Positions 50,223 to 59,901 of a stretch of 64,000 bases of DNA are shown piece after piece (positions within the stretch are counted from its first letter, which is position 1; every line of letters starts with the position of its first letter). This DNA comes from Alkalispirochaeta sp. GTDB taxonomy: Bacteria; Spirochaetota; Spirochaetia; DSM-27196; Alkalispirochaetaceae. The position numbers and the translations under genes are program-made. The notes below the pieces were generated by a model. That model did not search any database. It was not told where the DNA came from and saw only the letters and a list, made by a program, of their open reading frames with translations. The DNA is taken from contig OZ271854.1 in assembly GCA_965601925.1 (NCBI GenBank), forward strand, positions 1,184,001-1,248,000, in the 5' to 3' direction.

Positions 50223-50852
50223 TCACCCGTTGGCACGGAAAGGGCTCGGAGTCCAGTTGTACGCCGCGAGCCGGAGAGGGGACTCTCCTTCAGGGGTTAA
50301 GAACCCCGTCACGACGGTTAGGCTCGCCGGGGCCACCGGCGATAAACGGTGCGGTGGAGTCTCGAGAAGCCGGCTCACGGCGGCTCGAACGACGCCTCCG
50401 TGGGCGACGACGAGCAGCGTCTCCCCGTAGGCGACGTGCGGTCGGATTGCCGCCTCCACGCGATCGGAGAAGTCCCCCCAACTCTCACCCCCCGGCGGCG
50501 ATGCTTCGCCACGTCTCCACCGGTGGTAGATCGCCCCATGCCTCTCGATCAGCTCGGCTGTGGCCCGGCCGGTCCACTCGCCGACGTCGTTCTCTCGGAG
50601 AGCATCTTCTATCAACGGGGTGGAGTATCCTATCAACGCCGCGGTCTCTCGAGCTCGTTTTAGGGGCGAGCAGAGTACGATTCCGGGAGCGAGGCGCGCT
50701 ACGGTCGTCCGTACGGAGGACGCCTGCTCCCGACCCCGATCGGTCAAGTCTACGTCCCGCTGTCCGGCAAGGCGTCCGGAACGGTTCCACTCGCTCTCGC
50801 CGTGGCGCATGAGGATAATCGTAGACTGCGCCTCCCCTCCTCCGCGTCTCAC
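50223..50852 (-). CDS. Histidine phosphatase (phosphoglycerate mutase family)
   Basis: MRHGESEWN, SPLKRARET, LRE, GGES, VAHGG. Confidence 0.92.
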   Translation of the reverse strand: MRRGGGEAQSTIILMRHGESEWNRSGRLAGQRDVDLTDRGREQASSVRTTVARLAPGIVLCSPLKRARETAALIGYSTPLIEDALRENDVGEWTGRATAELIERHGAIYHRWRRGEASPPGGESWGDFSDRVEAAIRPHVAYGETLLVVAHGGVVRAAVSRLLETPPHRLSPVAPASLTVVTGFLTPEGESPLRLAAYNWTPSPFRANG

Positions 50853-51973
50853 GATTCGGTGCTCCCGCCGGCTGCATAAACTCGCGCCGGACGATCGGGA
50901 AACTCCAGAAAAAACGTGTCGCCGGAGCGCGCTTCCATCGCGTCGTCGGAGACGATGCTTATCCGTTTGTTTTCGTGCCAGACCGTTATGAGCGTCCTAT
51001 CGGCCACCGGCGTCGCCTCGACGAACTCCACCTCCATCTGGTCGGTTCGCTCCCCGTTCGAGCCGGCGGCACCGCCGGCTCCCGACGCTGCGGCACGCAA
51101 CTCCAAGTCGTGGGCGCGGTACATGAGTAGGCACCCTTCCCCTTCTGAGCGCCCCTGTGCCGGTCCGAAGTCGAGCGAACCCGAGCGGTAGCGCCCGTTA
51201 CGCACGGACGCGTTAAAAAGGTTGGCCGGAGGTGTACCGATAAACTGAGCGACAAAGGGTGTCTCCGGGTCGTCAAGGAGCGCCCGGGGCGCCCCGAACT
51301 GCTCGATGTTGCCGTCCTTCATGACGGCGATGTGGGTTGCCATGGTCATCGCTTCGACTTGATCGTGGGTTACATAGACGCTTGTCGACCCCGTCAGGCG
51401 GTGGATTCGCATGAGTTCGGTACGCATTTCCGCCCGCAGCTTGGCATCCAGATTCGAAAGCGGCTCATCGAAGAGGAGAACCTTCGGTTCCGGGGCGATG
51501 GTCCGGGCGATGGCGACCCGCTGCTGCTGCCCTCCGGATATCTCCCCGGGATAACGCCCCGCCAGTGGGAGAATACCGAGAAGATCCAGGACCTCCTTGA
51601 TCCGGGCTCGCCGCCGCCGGGCCGACCATCGTTTCACCTTGAGAGGCCATTCGACATTTGCCCATACCTTCATGTGAGGCCAGAGGGCGTAACTCTGAAA
51701 GACCATCCCCGTGTCGCGTTCCCCGGGTGGGACGACCGTCCCTTTCCTGCCGTCGGCTATGCGATGTCCCGCGAGGTAGATCTCACCGTCGGTCGGCTCC
51801 TCGAGACCCGCGAGCATCCTCAACGTGGTAGTCTTTCCACATCCCGAAGGGCCCAAAAGGGCGAGGAACGCGCCGGGGGGCACCTCGATATCGACGGCAG
51901 ATACGGCCTCCACCTCGCCGAATCGCTTCGTCACCCTATCGAGTCGTATCATCGCACGCTCTGCTTCGCTCAC
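50849..51973 (-). CDS. ABC transporter ATP-binding protein (FbpC/PotA-like)
   Basis: GPSGCGKTT, VFQSYALWPH, ISGGQQQRVA, FDEPLSNLD; start uncertain. Confidence 0.93.
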   Translation of the reverse strand: MSEAERAMIRLDRVTKRFGEVEAVSAVDIEVPPGAFLALLGPSGCGKTTTLRMLAGLEEPTDGEIYLAGHRIADGRKGTVVPPGERDTGMVFQSYALWPHMKVWANVEWPLKVKRWSARRRRARIKEVLDLLGILPLAGRYPGEISGGQQQRVAIARTIAPEPKVLLFDEPLSNLDAKLRAEMRTELMRIHRLTGSTSVYVTHDQVEAMTMATHIAVMKDGNIEQFGAPRALLDDPETPFVAQFIGTPPANLFNASVRNGRYRSGSLDFGPAQGRSEGEGCLLMYRAHDLELRAAASGAGGAAGSNGERTDQMEVEFVEATPVADRTLITVWHENKRISIVSDDAMEARSGDTFFLEFPDRPARVYAAGGSTES

Positions 51974-52045
51974 TATTTCATCCTTTTTTGCGTTCCCCGT
52001 GCGGCCCGTGGTCTCAGCCCTCAAACCGCGTCCGGGACTACGGGG

Positions 52046-53803
52046 TTATGCGCTCTCGGCCCAGGGCTGGGTAGCTCCTTGGAGCCGGCGCGTCCAGAGG
52101 GTAACGACCACGGATATCGTCGCAATGATCACCGTAATGGCGTTGGCAAACTGGGCAAAGCCCTCGGAACTGTACTGAAAGGCGACGACGCTGAGGACCG
52201 AGTTTACCGGGGTCACCAGGAGGATGACCAGTGAGAGATCGCGAACGATCTTCACAAAGACCAGTACCGCCCCGGCAAAGAGCCCGCGCGCCGCCAAAGG
52301 CAGAACGATACCGACGAGGCGACGGAAGAGCCCGGCGCCGACTACTATCGCAGCCTCCTCGAGTTCCTCGGCTATCTGGCTGACCGTGGCCCGCCCCGCC
52401 TGAGCGGCAAAGGGGAGATTGTAAGCCGCCGCCGCAATGACGAGCAATGTAAAGGTGCCGTAGAGGGATGGGAACGGACCGATCGGACGACCGAACAGCG
52501 CAATGTATGCCGCCCCGAAGGCGATGCCGGGAATGAAGAAGGGGATATAACTAAAAGACTCTATGATTCTGTTTACGGCGCCACGCTTCTCTCGGGCTAC
52601 ATATCCGATGAGCAATCCGACGAGCGAGGCCGCCAACGCCACCGACAGGCCAAGGCCTATCGTATTGAATGCGGCGAACGCCACTTGGGGATTGCGCAGC
52701 ACCCCCTCCTGCCCCTGGGCGATCGACGGGTTCGCGCGACCGATCCAATAGTGGAGCGTCAGCCCCCCGGTAAAGGAGCCCGTGCGGCGCGTCAGGCTGG
52801 AGCCGATGAGCGCCAGCAGGGGCAACACGGTGGTAGCAAAGCAGATCGACCCCGATAGAAGAAGGAGCGGCCACTTGGCGGCTCCGAGGGCTTGTCGCTT
52901 TCGTCTTCCCGCTTTCCCGGTCAGGGTCGCAAAGGAGCGCCGCCCCCCTATCAGGCGCGTGTTGAACCACAGGAGGAGCGCGGCAATGAGGATCAAAATG
53001 ACGGTGAGTACAAATCCGCGCTCGGTCTGGCCGATGCGAATCATGCCGAAAATGCGCGTCGAGAGTACCTCAAAGCGCACCGGAAGGCCGAGGATAGCCG
53101 GTGCGGCAAAGTTGCTGACGCCGTTTCCAAAGGAGAGGAGAATCGAGGACATGACCGCCGGGGTAACGACCCGAAAGGTGATATCCTTCAGAACTCGAGC
53201 CTTACCGGCGCCGGTCATCGCCGCCGCCTCCAGGAGCTCGGAGTTTATCGATGCAAGGGCGGCGCTGATGAGCATGAAACCCAACGAGAAGTAGTGGATG
53301 CTCAGCACGATGGTAACCGGCACAAATCCCCAGGCGAGCCAGTCGGGCACGGCAAAGCCGAGTTCCTGGAAGAGGCCGACGCGCCCGCCGAGGCGGTCGT
53401 TCTGAAAGAGGGTTTGCCACGCCAGGGCGATCGCGAAGCTCGGAATGATGTAGGGAATCGACGCCAACGCGCCGATGATGCGGCGACCGGGCATGTCGGT
53501 CATTACCACCAGCCAGGCGAGAAGACCGCCGACAACGACGGTAAAAAGGGCGACGAGCGCCCCGACGGCAACGGTATTGCGAAGGGGCTCCCAAAGGAGG
53601 TTCGGCGCGAGACGCCCGCGGACGACGTCACTCCACGCCTCTCGCCCTTCGGATCCCAGGGTCGTAAGGAGCAGCCGCAGAAGGGGCGTTACGACCAGAA
53701 GTACCAAAAAGGCGAGGAGGATCAGGCGAATGATGTCGGCGGCAGCTACTCGCTTGAGGGAGAGATAGCGAGGGGAGTGTCCATGGTCGAGCGTCTCGTG
53801 CAC
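52046..53803 (-). CDS. Iron(III)/FbpB-type ABC permease (two fused TM domains)
   Basis: Two EAA loops (ELLEAAAMTGA, ELEEAAIVVGA); start uncertain (53803-53827). Confidence 0.9.
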   Translation of the reverse strand: MHETLDHGHSPRYLSLKRVAAADIIRLILLAFLVLLVVTPLLRLLLTTLGSEGREAWSDVVRGRLAPNLLWEPLRNTVAVGALVALFTVVVGGLLAWLVVMTDMPGRRIIGALASIPYIIPSFAIALAWQTLFQNDRLGGRVGLFQELGFAVPDWLAWGFVPVTIVLSIHYFSLGFMLISAALASINSELLEAAAMTGAGKARVLKDITFRVVTPAVMSSILLSFGNGVSNFAAPAILGLPVRFEVLSTRIFGMIRIGQTERGFVLTVILILIAALLLWFNTRLIGGRRSFATLTGKAGRRKRQALGAAKWPLLLLSGSICFATTVLPLLALIGSSLTRRTGSFTGGLTLHYWIGRANPSIAQGQEGVLRNPQVAFAAFNTIGLGLSVALAASLVGLLIGYVAREKRGAVNRIIESFSYIPFFIPGIAFGAAYIALFGRPIGPFPSLYGTFTLLVIAAAAYNLPFAAQAGRATVSQIAEELEEAAIVVGAGLFRRLVGIVLPLAARGLFAGAVLVFVKIVRDLSLVILLVTPVNSVLSVVAFQYSSEGFAQFANAITVIIATISVVVTLWTRRLQGATQPWAESA

Positions 53804-53902
53804 GTCGGGGCCTTTCTCGGGACGCAACGACGTCCCGTCGGACGGTGAAAAGAGGTAGAAGCGTAGGGCGCCTCCACCTCGTTACGCGGAATAGACCAAC
53901 AT

Positions 53903-55063
53903 CTACTTGAGCGAGAGAATCAAATCCGCCACGTCGTTGCGGATCGTCAACGTCTCTTCGGCATCGACGAACCACGCTCGGAACTCTTCCAGGGGAATCG
54001 CGTCGGGATGGGGCTCGATGTCGGTGCGTGTCGCGTAGTCGCCGGGGACGTAAAAGGGAGCGAATCCCGGACCGCCGTCGGGACTCTCGTCTCCCATGAT
54101 GAAATGGATGAAGAGCCGCGCGGCGGCGGGATTCCGGGCACCGTCAACGAGGCCGAGGGAGGCGGGGAAGTAGATGCCCGGCGACGGCTCGACGTCATTA
54201 GCTATCTGAAGCGCCCCCCCCTCTTCCTCGTTGTCCCGCCGGTCTGAGTATGACGTAAAACCGAGGGGAGGACTGCTCTGACCGACGGCACCCACGGCGG
54301 CGTTCACGTCGTCCGTGTCGCCGACGAGGATCAAATCATTGGCAAAGAGGTCGTGAATGAACTGCTCTCCGGCACTCGAAATGCCGTCGTCGAGGGCGAC
54401 GACCGAGCCGAAGTAATCCTCATAGGCCTCTTCCATGGCGTCGGATTGGAGGACGATCTCGGTCATGAGGTCGAGGTAGTCTCCGCGAATGAGGGGATCG
54501 ACCATGAGGACACGCCCCCGCCACTCGTCGGTGGTCAACGCCCAGAGGTTGTCTATCGGAGGGCCGGCGGGATGAGCCTCTTCATTGTACATCAGCACCT
54601 TCGTGGAGAGGCGGTTTGCCAACAGCGGATCCCGGAACTGCGTGGGTACCCGATCGGCAAACTGGGGCGGTATGTAACGCTCCAGGATACCTTCCTGAAC
54701 GAGCTCTCCGAAGACGACCGGCGCATCGGAGATATATGAGACGTCCGCTTGCACGTTTCGTGCCTGGTGTTCCGCCTGGAGACGGGCTATCTGCTCCGTC
54801 GAGGAGATATCAAAGCCGATGAGGTCGATTGCGGGGTACGCCTCCTCGAAAGCGGTCTCGACCCGGGCGATACGGCTGGTGAAGGAGTAGACGACTACCT
54901 CGCCCTCCTCCTCAGCGGCGGCGATAAGGGCGTCGAGATCCTCCCCGCTCAAGAGTACGTCGTCTTGGACGGCGGACGACGATCCATCCTCTTGCCCTCC
55001 TCCGGCAAAGCTGAGCGAGGTTACAATCACTCCGATAGCAATAGCGAACAACAGGTGTTTCAC
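53903..55063 (-). CDS. ABC substrate-binding protein (FbpA/AfuA-like)
   Basis: Signal peptide ending FAGGGQED; AAEEEGEVVVYS, VLMYN, ARNPAAARLFI; AGGAGG RBS. Confidence 0.88.
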   Translation of the reverse strand: MKHLLFAIAIGVIVTSLSFAGGGQEDGSSSAVQDDVLLSGEDLDALIAAAEEEGEVVVYSFTSRIARVETAFEEAYPAIDLIGFDISSTEQIARLQAEHQARNVQADVSYISDAPVVFGELVQEGILERYIPPQFADRVPTQFRDPLLANRLSTKVLMYNEEAHPAGPPIDNLWALTTDEWRGRVLMVDPLIRGDYLDLMTEIVLQSDAMEEAYEDYFGSVVALDDGISSAGEQFIHDLFANDLILVGDTDDVNAAVGAVGQSSPPLGFTSYSDRRDNEEEGGALQIANDVEPSPGIYFPASLGLVDGARNPAAARLFIHFIMGDESPDGGPGFAPFYVPGDYATRTDIEPHPDAIPLEEFRAWFVDAEETLTIRNDVADLILSLK

Positions 55064-55426
55064 GGTCTCCTCCTAAGAAAACTTCATATGGTTAACGGCA
55101 TTCGGCGGATTAAAAGCACATAAGTATTAGATTTGTATGAAAAATTATGCACCATGAATCCTCAGTCGCCGTCGAAAGGTGGATTGCCGCGAGGATTGAC
55201 CGGCGCCGGACACCCAGGCGAGACGGATTGTAAGACGGGAACCGCATCGGCCTCCTCCAACTTCGTCGTCCATGGCGTGGGCGAACACCGCAGCGCTATG
55301 AGTCCGTGCGGTGTGAGACCTGTGTGTGAACGCATATCTCGCGCGAGATGGGCTTGATCGACTCAGTGCAATCCGGCGGCGGCCCGCAAGGTTGCGCGGC
55401 TTCGCTCACGGAGCGTTACGACCGAT

Positions 55427-55783
55427 CTATCGGTACTGATTCAGTTCGGTTTCCCATTCGTGATAGTCACTTACAAGAATCCGAAACGTTTCACCGTGTG
55501 TGTTCGTGACTTCGAGAACGGAGTCCTGACGCCCGTGTTTTCCTTGTGCGATCGTTGCAATCTGGTCGAGCCTCCAGAGAAAGCCCAAGTCTTTTTTTTC
55601 CACCAGGCGCTTGTTGAGGAGGTTGACGATAAGCCCCATTCCCTTGACTCCCACCTTATGCGACTCCAGGCGTAGGTGTGTGGGTGTGAGAGACAGCCGT
55701 CCGGGGTATGCGACCATCTTCGTCTTCAGGTGCATCACCTTCTCTTCTCGGATAACGGTTTCATTCATCGATGGTTCGTCCAT
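55427..55783 (-). CDS. Small hypothetical protein, PH/GRAM-like
   Basis: GRLSLTPTHLRLESH, LDQIATI, LEVTNTHGETFRI...W pattern; AAGGA RBS. Confidence 0.6.
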   Translation of the reverse strand: MDEPSMNETVIREEKVMHLKTKMVAYPGRLSLTPTHLRLESHKVGVKGMGLIVNLLNKRLVEKKDLGFLWRLDQIATIAQGKHGRQDSVLEVTNTHGETFRILVSDYHEWETELNQYR

Positions 55784-56029
55784 AACTGATCCGTCCTTTT
55801 TATACGTTGTTGCTTCGTATTTCACCGGATGACGCGGTTCAGTTTCATGGTAACCGCAACTATCCTCCCAGTACAGGCTTCTCATGACGCACGAGACACA
55901 ATAGCCGACTTCGGTACCGGAACGGAACGCGCCGGGCGGTTCGTGACGCCTCAGTGCTACTGACCGTCTCGTTTCGAAACGGACGGGGAAACACTTGACC
56001 GCGCTGCCGATTACGCATATATACATACT

Positions 56030-56107
56030 ATGATATCAATTCTTACCGCGCTACAGCCGACGAACTCGTGTGTCGTAGTCGTCTCTCCCGGGAGAGTAGT
56101 GGGGTAA
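56030..56107 (+). CDS. Putative leader peptide (25 aa, Val-rich)
   Basis: ATG...TAA reads MISILTALQPTNSCVVVVSPGRVVG; lies between a TTGACC-N17-TATATA promoter candidate and a terminator. Confidence 0.5.
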   Translation: MISILTALQPTNSCVVVVSPGRVVG

Positions 56108-56131
56108 GGTCTATTCCGGTTTGCACAATGC

Positions 56132-56162
56132 GCCCGCGGGACCTGACCCGCGGGCTTTTTTT
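56132..56162 (+). terminator. Intrinsic terminator in the 5' leader of the ABC exporter operon (attenuator)
   Basis: GCCCGCGGG-acctga-CCCGCGGGC followed by T7, about 45 nt before the ATG at 56208. Confidence 0.85.
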
Positions 56163-56207
56163 ATACCCGCGAGTCGTCCACGGTCGCCGGCCTAAGAGGA
56201 GGAGCGT

Positions 56208-57323
56208 ATGGAACCGATCGTCCACGTCCGGGGACTCACCAAGCACTTTCGAATCAAGACAAAGGAACCGGGATTCGCTGCAAGCGTGCGAAGCGTCGTG
56301 CGCCCGACCTACCGCACGGTGAAGGCGGTGCAAGGAATCGATTTTGCCATTCAACCCGGAGAGGTTCTCGCCTTTATCGGCCCCAACGGTGCGGGCAAGT
56401 CGACGACGATCAAACTCATCACCGGTATTCTCCACCCCGACGGCGGTACGGTCACCGTGCTGGGACTGGATCCGCATAAGGCGCGTAAAGCCCTTGCATA
56501 CCGCATCGGAACCGTCTTCGGCCAAAAAAGCCAGCTCTGGTTCCACCTTCCCCCGACCGATTCGTTTCATCTTCTCGGGACGATCTACGATATGAGCCCC
56601 ATCGAGACGCGAAAGCGCATGGACTTTCTCATCGAAGTCTTCGAGCTCCGCGAGTTCATGGATCAACCGGTGCGCAAGCTCTCTTTGGGCCAAAGAATAC
56701 GGTGCGAGATGGCGGCATCGCTCATCCACCGACCGCAGATACTCTTTCTCGACGAACCGAGCATCGGGCTGGACGTGGTCGTCAAACAGCGTATCCGCGA
56801 CCTCATCGGTCGCATCAATACGGAGGAGGGCGTGACGATCTTTCTTACCTCCCACGACGCAGGCGACATCGAGAAGATCTGTCGGCGTGCCATGGTCATC
56901 AACCACGGTGGAATCGTCTGGGACGGGACGGTCAAGGCGATGAAGTACTCGCTCCTTAACAAGCGTATCGTCGACGTAAAGATGGACGGCCCGGCGCGAG
57001 TCGAAATATCGGGAGTTACCGAACTCAAGCGGAAGGAGCACTCCCTCAAACTCGAGGTTGACCTCTCGGTCGCGTCCACTGAGACGGTTATATCGGCGTT
57101 AATGCGTCAGTCGAGTATTCGCGACATCACGATCTCCTCCACACCCATGGAGGAGGTCATCGCTCACATCTACGAGCGGAGCGCGAAGGGGGCGGTGGAA
57201 GATTCGACGGCTCGTGGGAGCGGTGAGTCCACCTACGGCGTCGGCGGTGGGCCGCGTGCGCCCCGGTCCGATGTCGATACGACGAAGGAAAACAGCACCG
57301 GAGGTTCCCATGGCGCTCCGTAA
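56208..57323 (+). CDS. ABC exporter ATP-binding protein
   Basis: GPNGAGKST, VFGQKSQLW, LSLGQRIR, LFLDEPS, TSH. Confidence 0.95.
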   Translation: MEPIVHVRGLTKHFRIKTKEPGFAASVRSVVRPTYRTVKAVQGIDFAIQPGEVLAFIGPNGAGKSTTIKLITGILHPDGGTVTVLGLDPHKARKALAYRIGTVFGQKSQLWFHLPPTDSFHLLGTIYDMSPIETRKRMDFLIEVFELREFMDQPVRKLSLGQRIRCEMAASLIHRPQILFLDEPSIGLDVVVKQRIRDLIGRINTEEGVTIFLTSHDAGDIEKICRRAMVINHGGIVWDGTVKAMKYSLLNKRIVDVKMDGPARVEISGVTELKRKEHSLKLEVDLSVASTETVISALMRQSSIRDITISSTPMEEVIAHIYERSAKGAVEDSTARGSGESTYGVGGGPRAPRSDVDTTKENSTGGSHGAP

Positions 57324-58098
57324 ATACGCGACGATCTTCGCGGTGGCGAGCCGCGATCAATGGATCTATCTCCCGGCCTTTTTGGCGCGTAACATCTTTT
57401 TCGTGATCATCCTCTTCATCTTCTTCTCCCTGTGGCGCGTTATCTTCCGCGAGGAGAACACGATTGCCCAGTTCACGATGACGCAACTGCTGTGGTATCT
57501 CACCTTCACTGAGGCGATAGAACTCTCCCAGACGCGCATCTTCGCGCCCATATCCGAAGAAGTGAAGGACGGTACCGTCGCCTACTCCCTCGGAAGACCG
57601 TACTCCTACGTGCTGTACTGGATCAGCCGCGCCATGGGAGAGAATCTCGTCAAAGCGCTGCCGCTTTTGGTGGTGGGTGCCGTTGTCGCCACGCTCATGG
57701 TCGGGCCCCTCCCGGGCTATTTTCGGGCGTTGCCTTTCGCGCTCGTCACGATCATGGGCGGCATTCTCATCGGGACGACGCTTCAAACGATCATCGGCCT
57801 TCTGGCCTTTCGATTCGAGGAGGTGATGCCCTTTTGGTGGATCATCCAGAAGCTGATCTTCGTAATCGGTGGGCTGTTCATCCCGATCGACCTTTACCCG
57901 CCGCGGCTTGCGCGCATCGCACGATTGACGCCGTTCTCGTTCGCCGCGTACTGGCCCGCCTCGACGTGGGTCGACTTCAGTTGGGGACGCCTCATGACGA
58001 CCGTCGCCGGCCAAGCGTTCTACGTCGGTCTCTTCGCATTGATCGCGGCACTGCTCTTTCGCTCCGGCGTCCGCTCGCTTCACGTACAGGGAGGATAA
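57310..58098 (+). CDS. ABC-2 family (DUF990-like) permease
   Basis: VKDGTVAYSLGRP, GGLFIPIDLYP, TPF, VQGG end. Confidence 0.9.
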   Translation: MALRKYATIFAVASRDQWIYLPAFLARNIFFVIILFIFFSLWRVIFREENTIAQFTMTQLLWYLTFTEAIELSQTRIFAPISEEVKDGTVAYSLGRPYSYVLYWISRAMGENLVKALPLLVVGAVVATLMVGPLPGYFRALPFALVTIMGGILIGTTLQTIIGLLAFRFEEVMPFWWIIQKLIFVIGGLFIPIDLYPPRLARIARLTPFSFAAYWPASTWVDFSWGRLMTTVAGQAFYVGLFALIAALLFRSGVRSLHVQGG

Positions 58099-58099
58099 C

Positions 58100-58918
58100 A
58101 TGCATGGAATCGACGGTCCGCGCCCGCGCCGAGGCGGAATGGCGAGGTTGGCGCTCCACTATTTTCGATTCAATCTCAGCGCCAACATGGCCTACTCGAC
58201 GAGTTTTCTCGTCCAGGTCTTCGGAATGGCTCTCAACAACGGTGCATTCATCATTTTCTGGTTGGTACTCTTCGAGCGAATCGGCGGCGATATTGCCGGC
58301 TACGGCTTTCAGGAGGTGATGTTTCTATGGTCTCTCGCCGCCGCGGGATTCGGCCTGAGTGTCGTCGTCTTCGGTAACACCCACCAGCTGTCGCGGATCA
58401 TTTACTCCGGCGAGCTCGACGTCTATCTCCTGCAGCCCAAGCCGATCCCCCCCAATGTGCTCATGAGCCGGATGGTCGTCGCCGGTTGGGGCGATCTCCT
58501 CTACGGCGCCGTACTCTTCGTCGCCACTCAGCCGATTACGCCGCGAGGCGTGGTTCTCTTCACACTCTTCTGTGTACTCATGACGTTGGTGGTGACGGCG
58601 GTGCGCGTCTTCTATCACTGCCTTACGTTCTACGCGGGTAACGCCGAAGGGTTTGCCGGCCTCGCCGGCGAGATGGTCATCAGTTTTATGCTGTATCCTG
58701 GCTCGATCTTTCGCGGCCCCGCCTCCTGGGTCCTGCACTCCCTCATCCCGGCGGCTCTCGTCGCCTACATTCCGGCGCGGATCTTTCAGGAGTTCGATCT
58801 TACGTTGCTTCTTGTCGTTCTCGCGGCCGACGCGGCCATCATCGCAGTCGCACTGGTGATGTTCCGCCTCGGCCTCAGGCGCTACGAGAGCGGCAACCTC
58901 ATCGGTACGCGCATGTAA
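58100..58918 (+). CDS. ABC-2 family (DUF990-like) permease
   Basis: MAYSTSF, IAGY, GELDVYLLQP, YPGSIF, GLRRYESGN. Confidence 0.9.
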   Translation: MHGIDGPRPRRGGMARLALHYFRFNLSANMAYSTSFLVQVFGMALNNGAFIIFWLVLFERIGGDIAGYGFQEVMFLWSLAAAGFGLSVVVFGNTHQLSRIIYSGELDVYLLQPKPIPPNVLMSRMVVAGWGDLLYGAVLFVATQPITPRGVVLFTLFCVLMTLVVTAVRVFYHCLTFYAGNAEGFAGLAGEMVISFMLYPGSIFRGPASWVLHSLIPAALVAYIPARIFQEFDLTLLLVVLAADAAIIAVALVMFRLGLRRYESGNLIGTRM

Positions 58919-59024
58919 TAGAGGCACGCCGGAACGGCTCGACGCGCACAGTCCGGTGGAACCGGAGTCGAGTCCGCCGATCGAGGGAAGCGAGGGTACG
59001 GTCGTATCGCGTACGATAGACGCC

Positions 59025-59468
59025 TCACCGTCGTCGCGTTACGCGCCGCTTATCCCGATGATAGGTCAACGCCGCAGCGACCAGCTCTCGTATCTCAGCT
59101 ACCGGGAGCGTGTCGTCGACGCCGAAAAGGACGCCTCGATTTCCGTCGTAGACAAAACGGTCGGCGTGCTGATCACGAAAGGTCGGGATGAGGGTCGTTC
59201 GGCAGTGCACGTAGAGGCCGTACCGATCGTGCGAGGCGGCGGGGCGTCCGATTCGTACCGTCGTGCCGACCCGTGATCTCATCGGTAGATAGCTCGGCTC
59301 GCCCCACTTGAGTGTCTCCCTTAGCCCGCCGACTTCCGGTATGCCCGAGGCCACGTCGAACAAGAGCCCACGGAGCGACAAGAGCCGAGCCCCGATCTCG
59401 CCGGGATACGCGGCGAAGACCGCCGCTACGGCCGACTCCTGAAAGGCGATCGCTCCCGAACCGCTCAC
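59025..59468 (-). CDS. DUF1801 (YdhG-like) protein
   Basis: ETLKWGEPSY, GTTVRI, YVHCRTTL, YDGNRG, ALTYH; GTG start inferred. Confidence 0.85.
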   Translation of the reverse strand: MSGSGAIAFQESAVAAVFAAYPGEIGARLLSLRGLLFDVASGIPEVGGLRETLKWGEPSYLPMRSRVGTTVRIGRPAASHDRYGLYVHCRTTLIPTFRDQHADRFVYDGNRGVLFGVDDTLPVAEIRELVAAALTYHRDKRRVTRRR

Positions 59469-59901
59469 CGATACAACTCCGGCGGGCATATCGAAGGGAG
59501 TGTTGTCCAAGTCGGCGGCGTCTTCGACGCACGCCTCGATGTCGGCAATACGGCACTACCGCGCGTGATGCCGCTGTGACTCTCTTGCGTGCGATTCATC
59601 GATCTTCCTACTCCCTGATATATATAATACAGCCGCCGCCCTGCGGCGGGTTTGATATAATGTGCGCACCGTTCCGAAGGCGACCCGCTTCGGCCGGCGG
59701 ATACGCTACGTTTCGTGCCGCGGATGAGCCATCCGATATTCGTATCGGATTCGGTCGACGAGGCGTGGAGACTGGGTGCGCTCCTCGTCGAGAGCTGACA
59801 CCGCTTGCGCCATGCACCGTGCGTGAGGCAACGATACCGCCGGGCGACAAATCGTTCGGGCCCAGGGTCGCGGCGTCGGTACTGGGCGCGCCCGATGCTA
59901 T

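Noticed and set aside
55120..55160. Pho-box-like 11-bp-period repeat upstream of the ABC/phosphatase operon
   Set aside because: Only two weak units (TTCATAC/CTAATAC) in an AT-rich promoter, which could arise by chance
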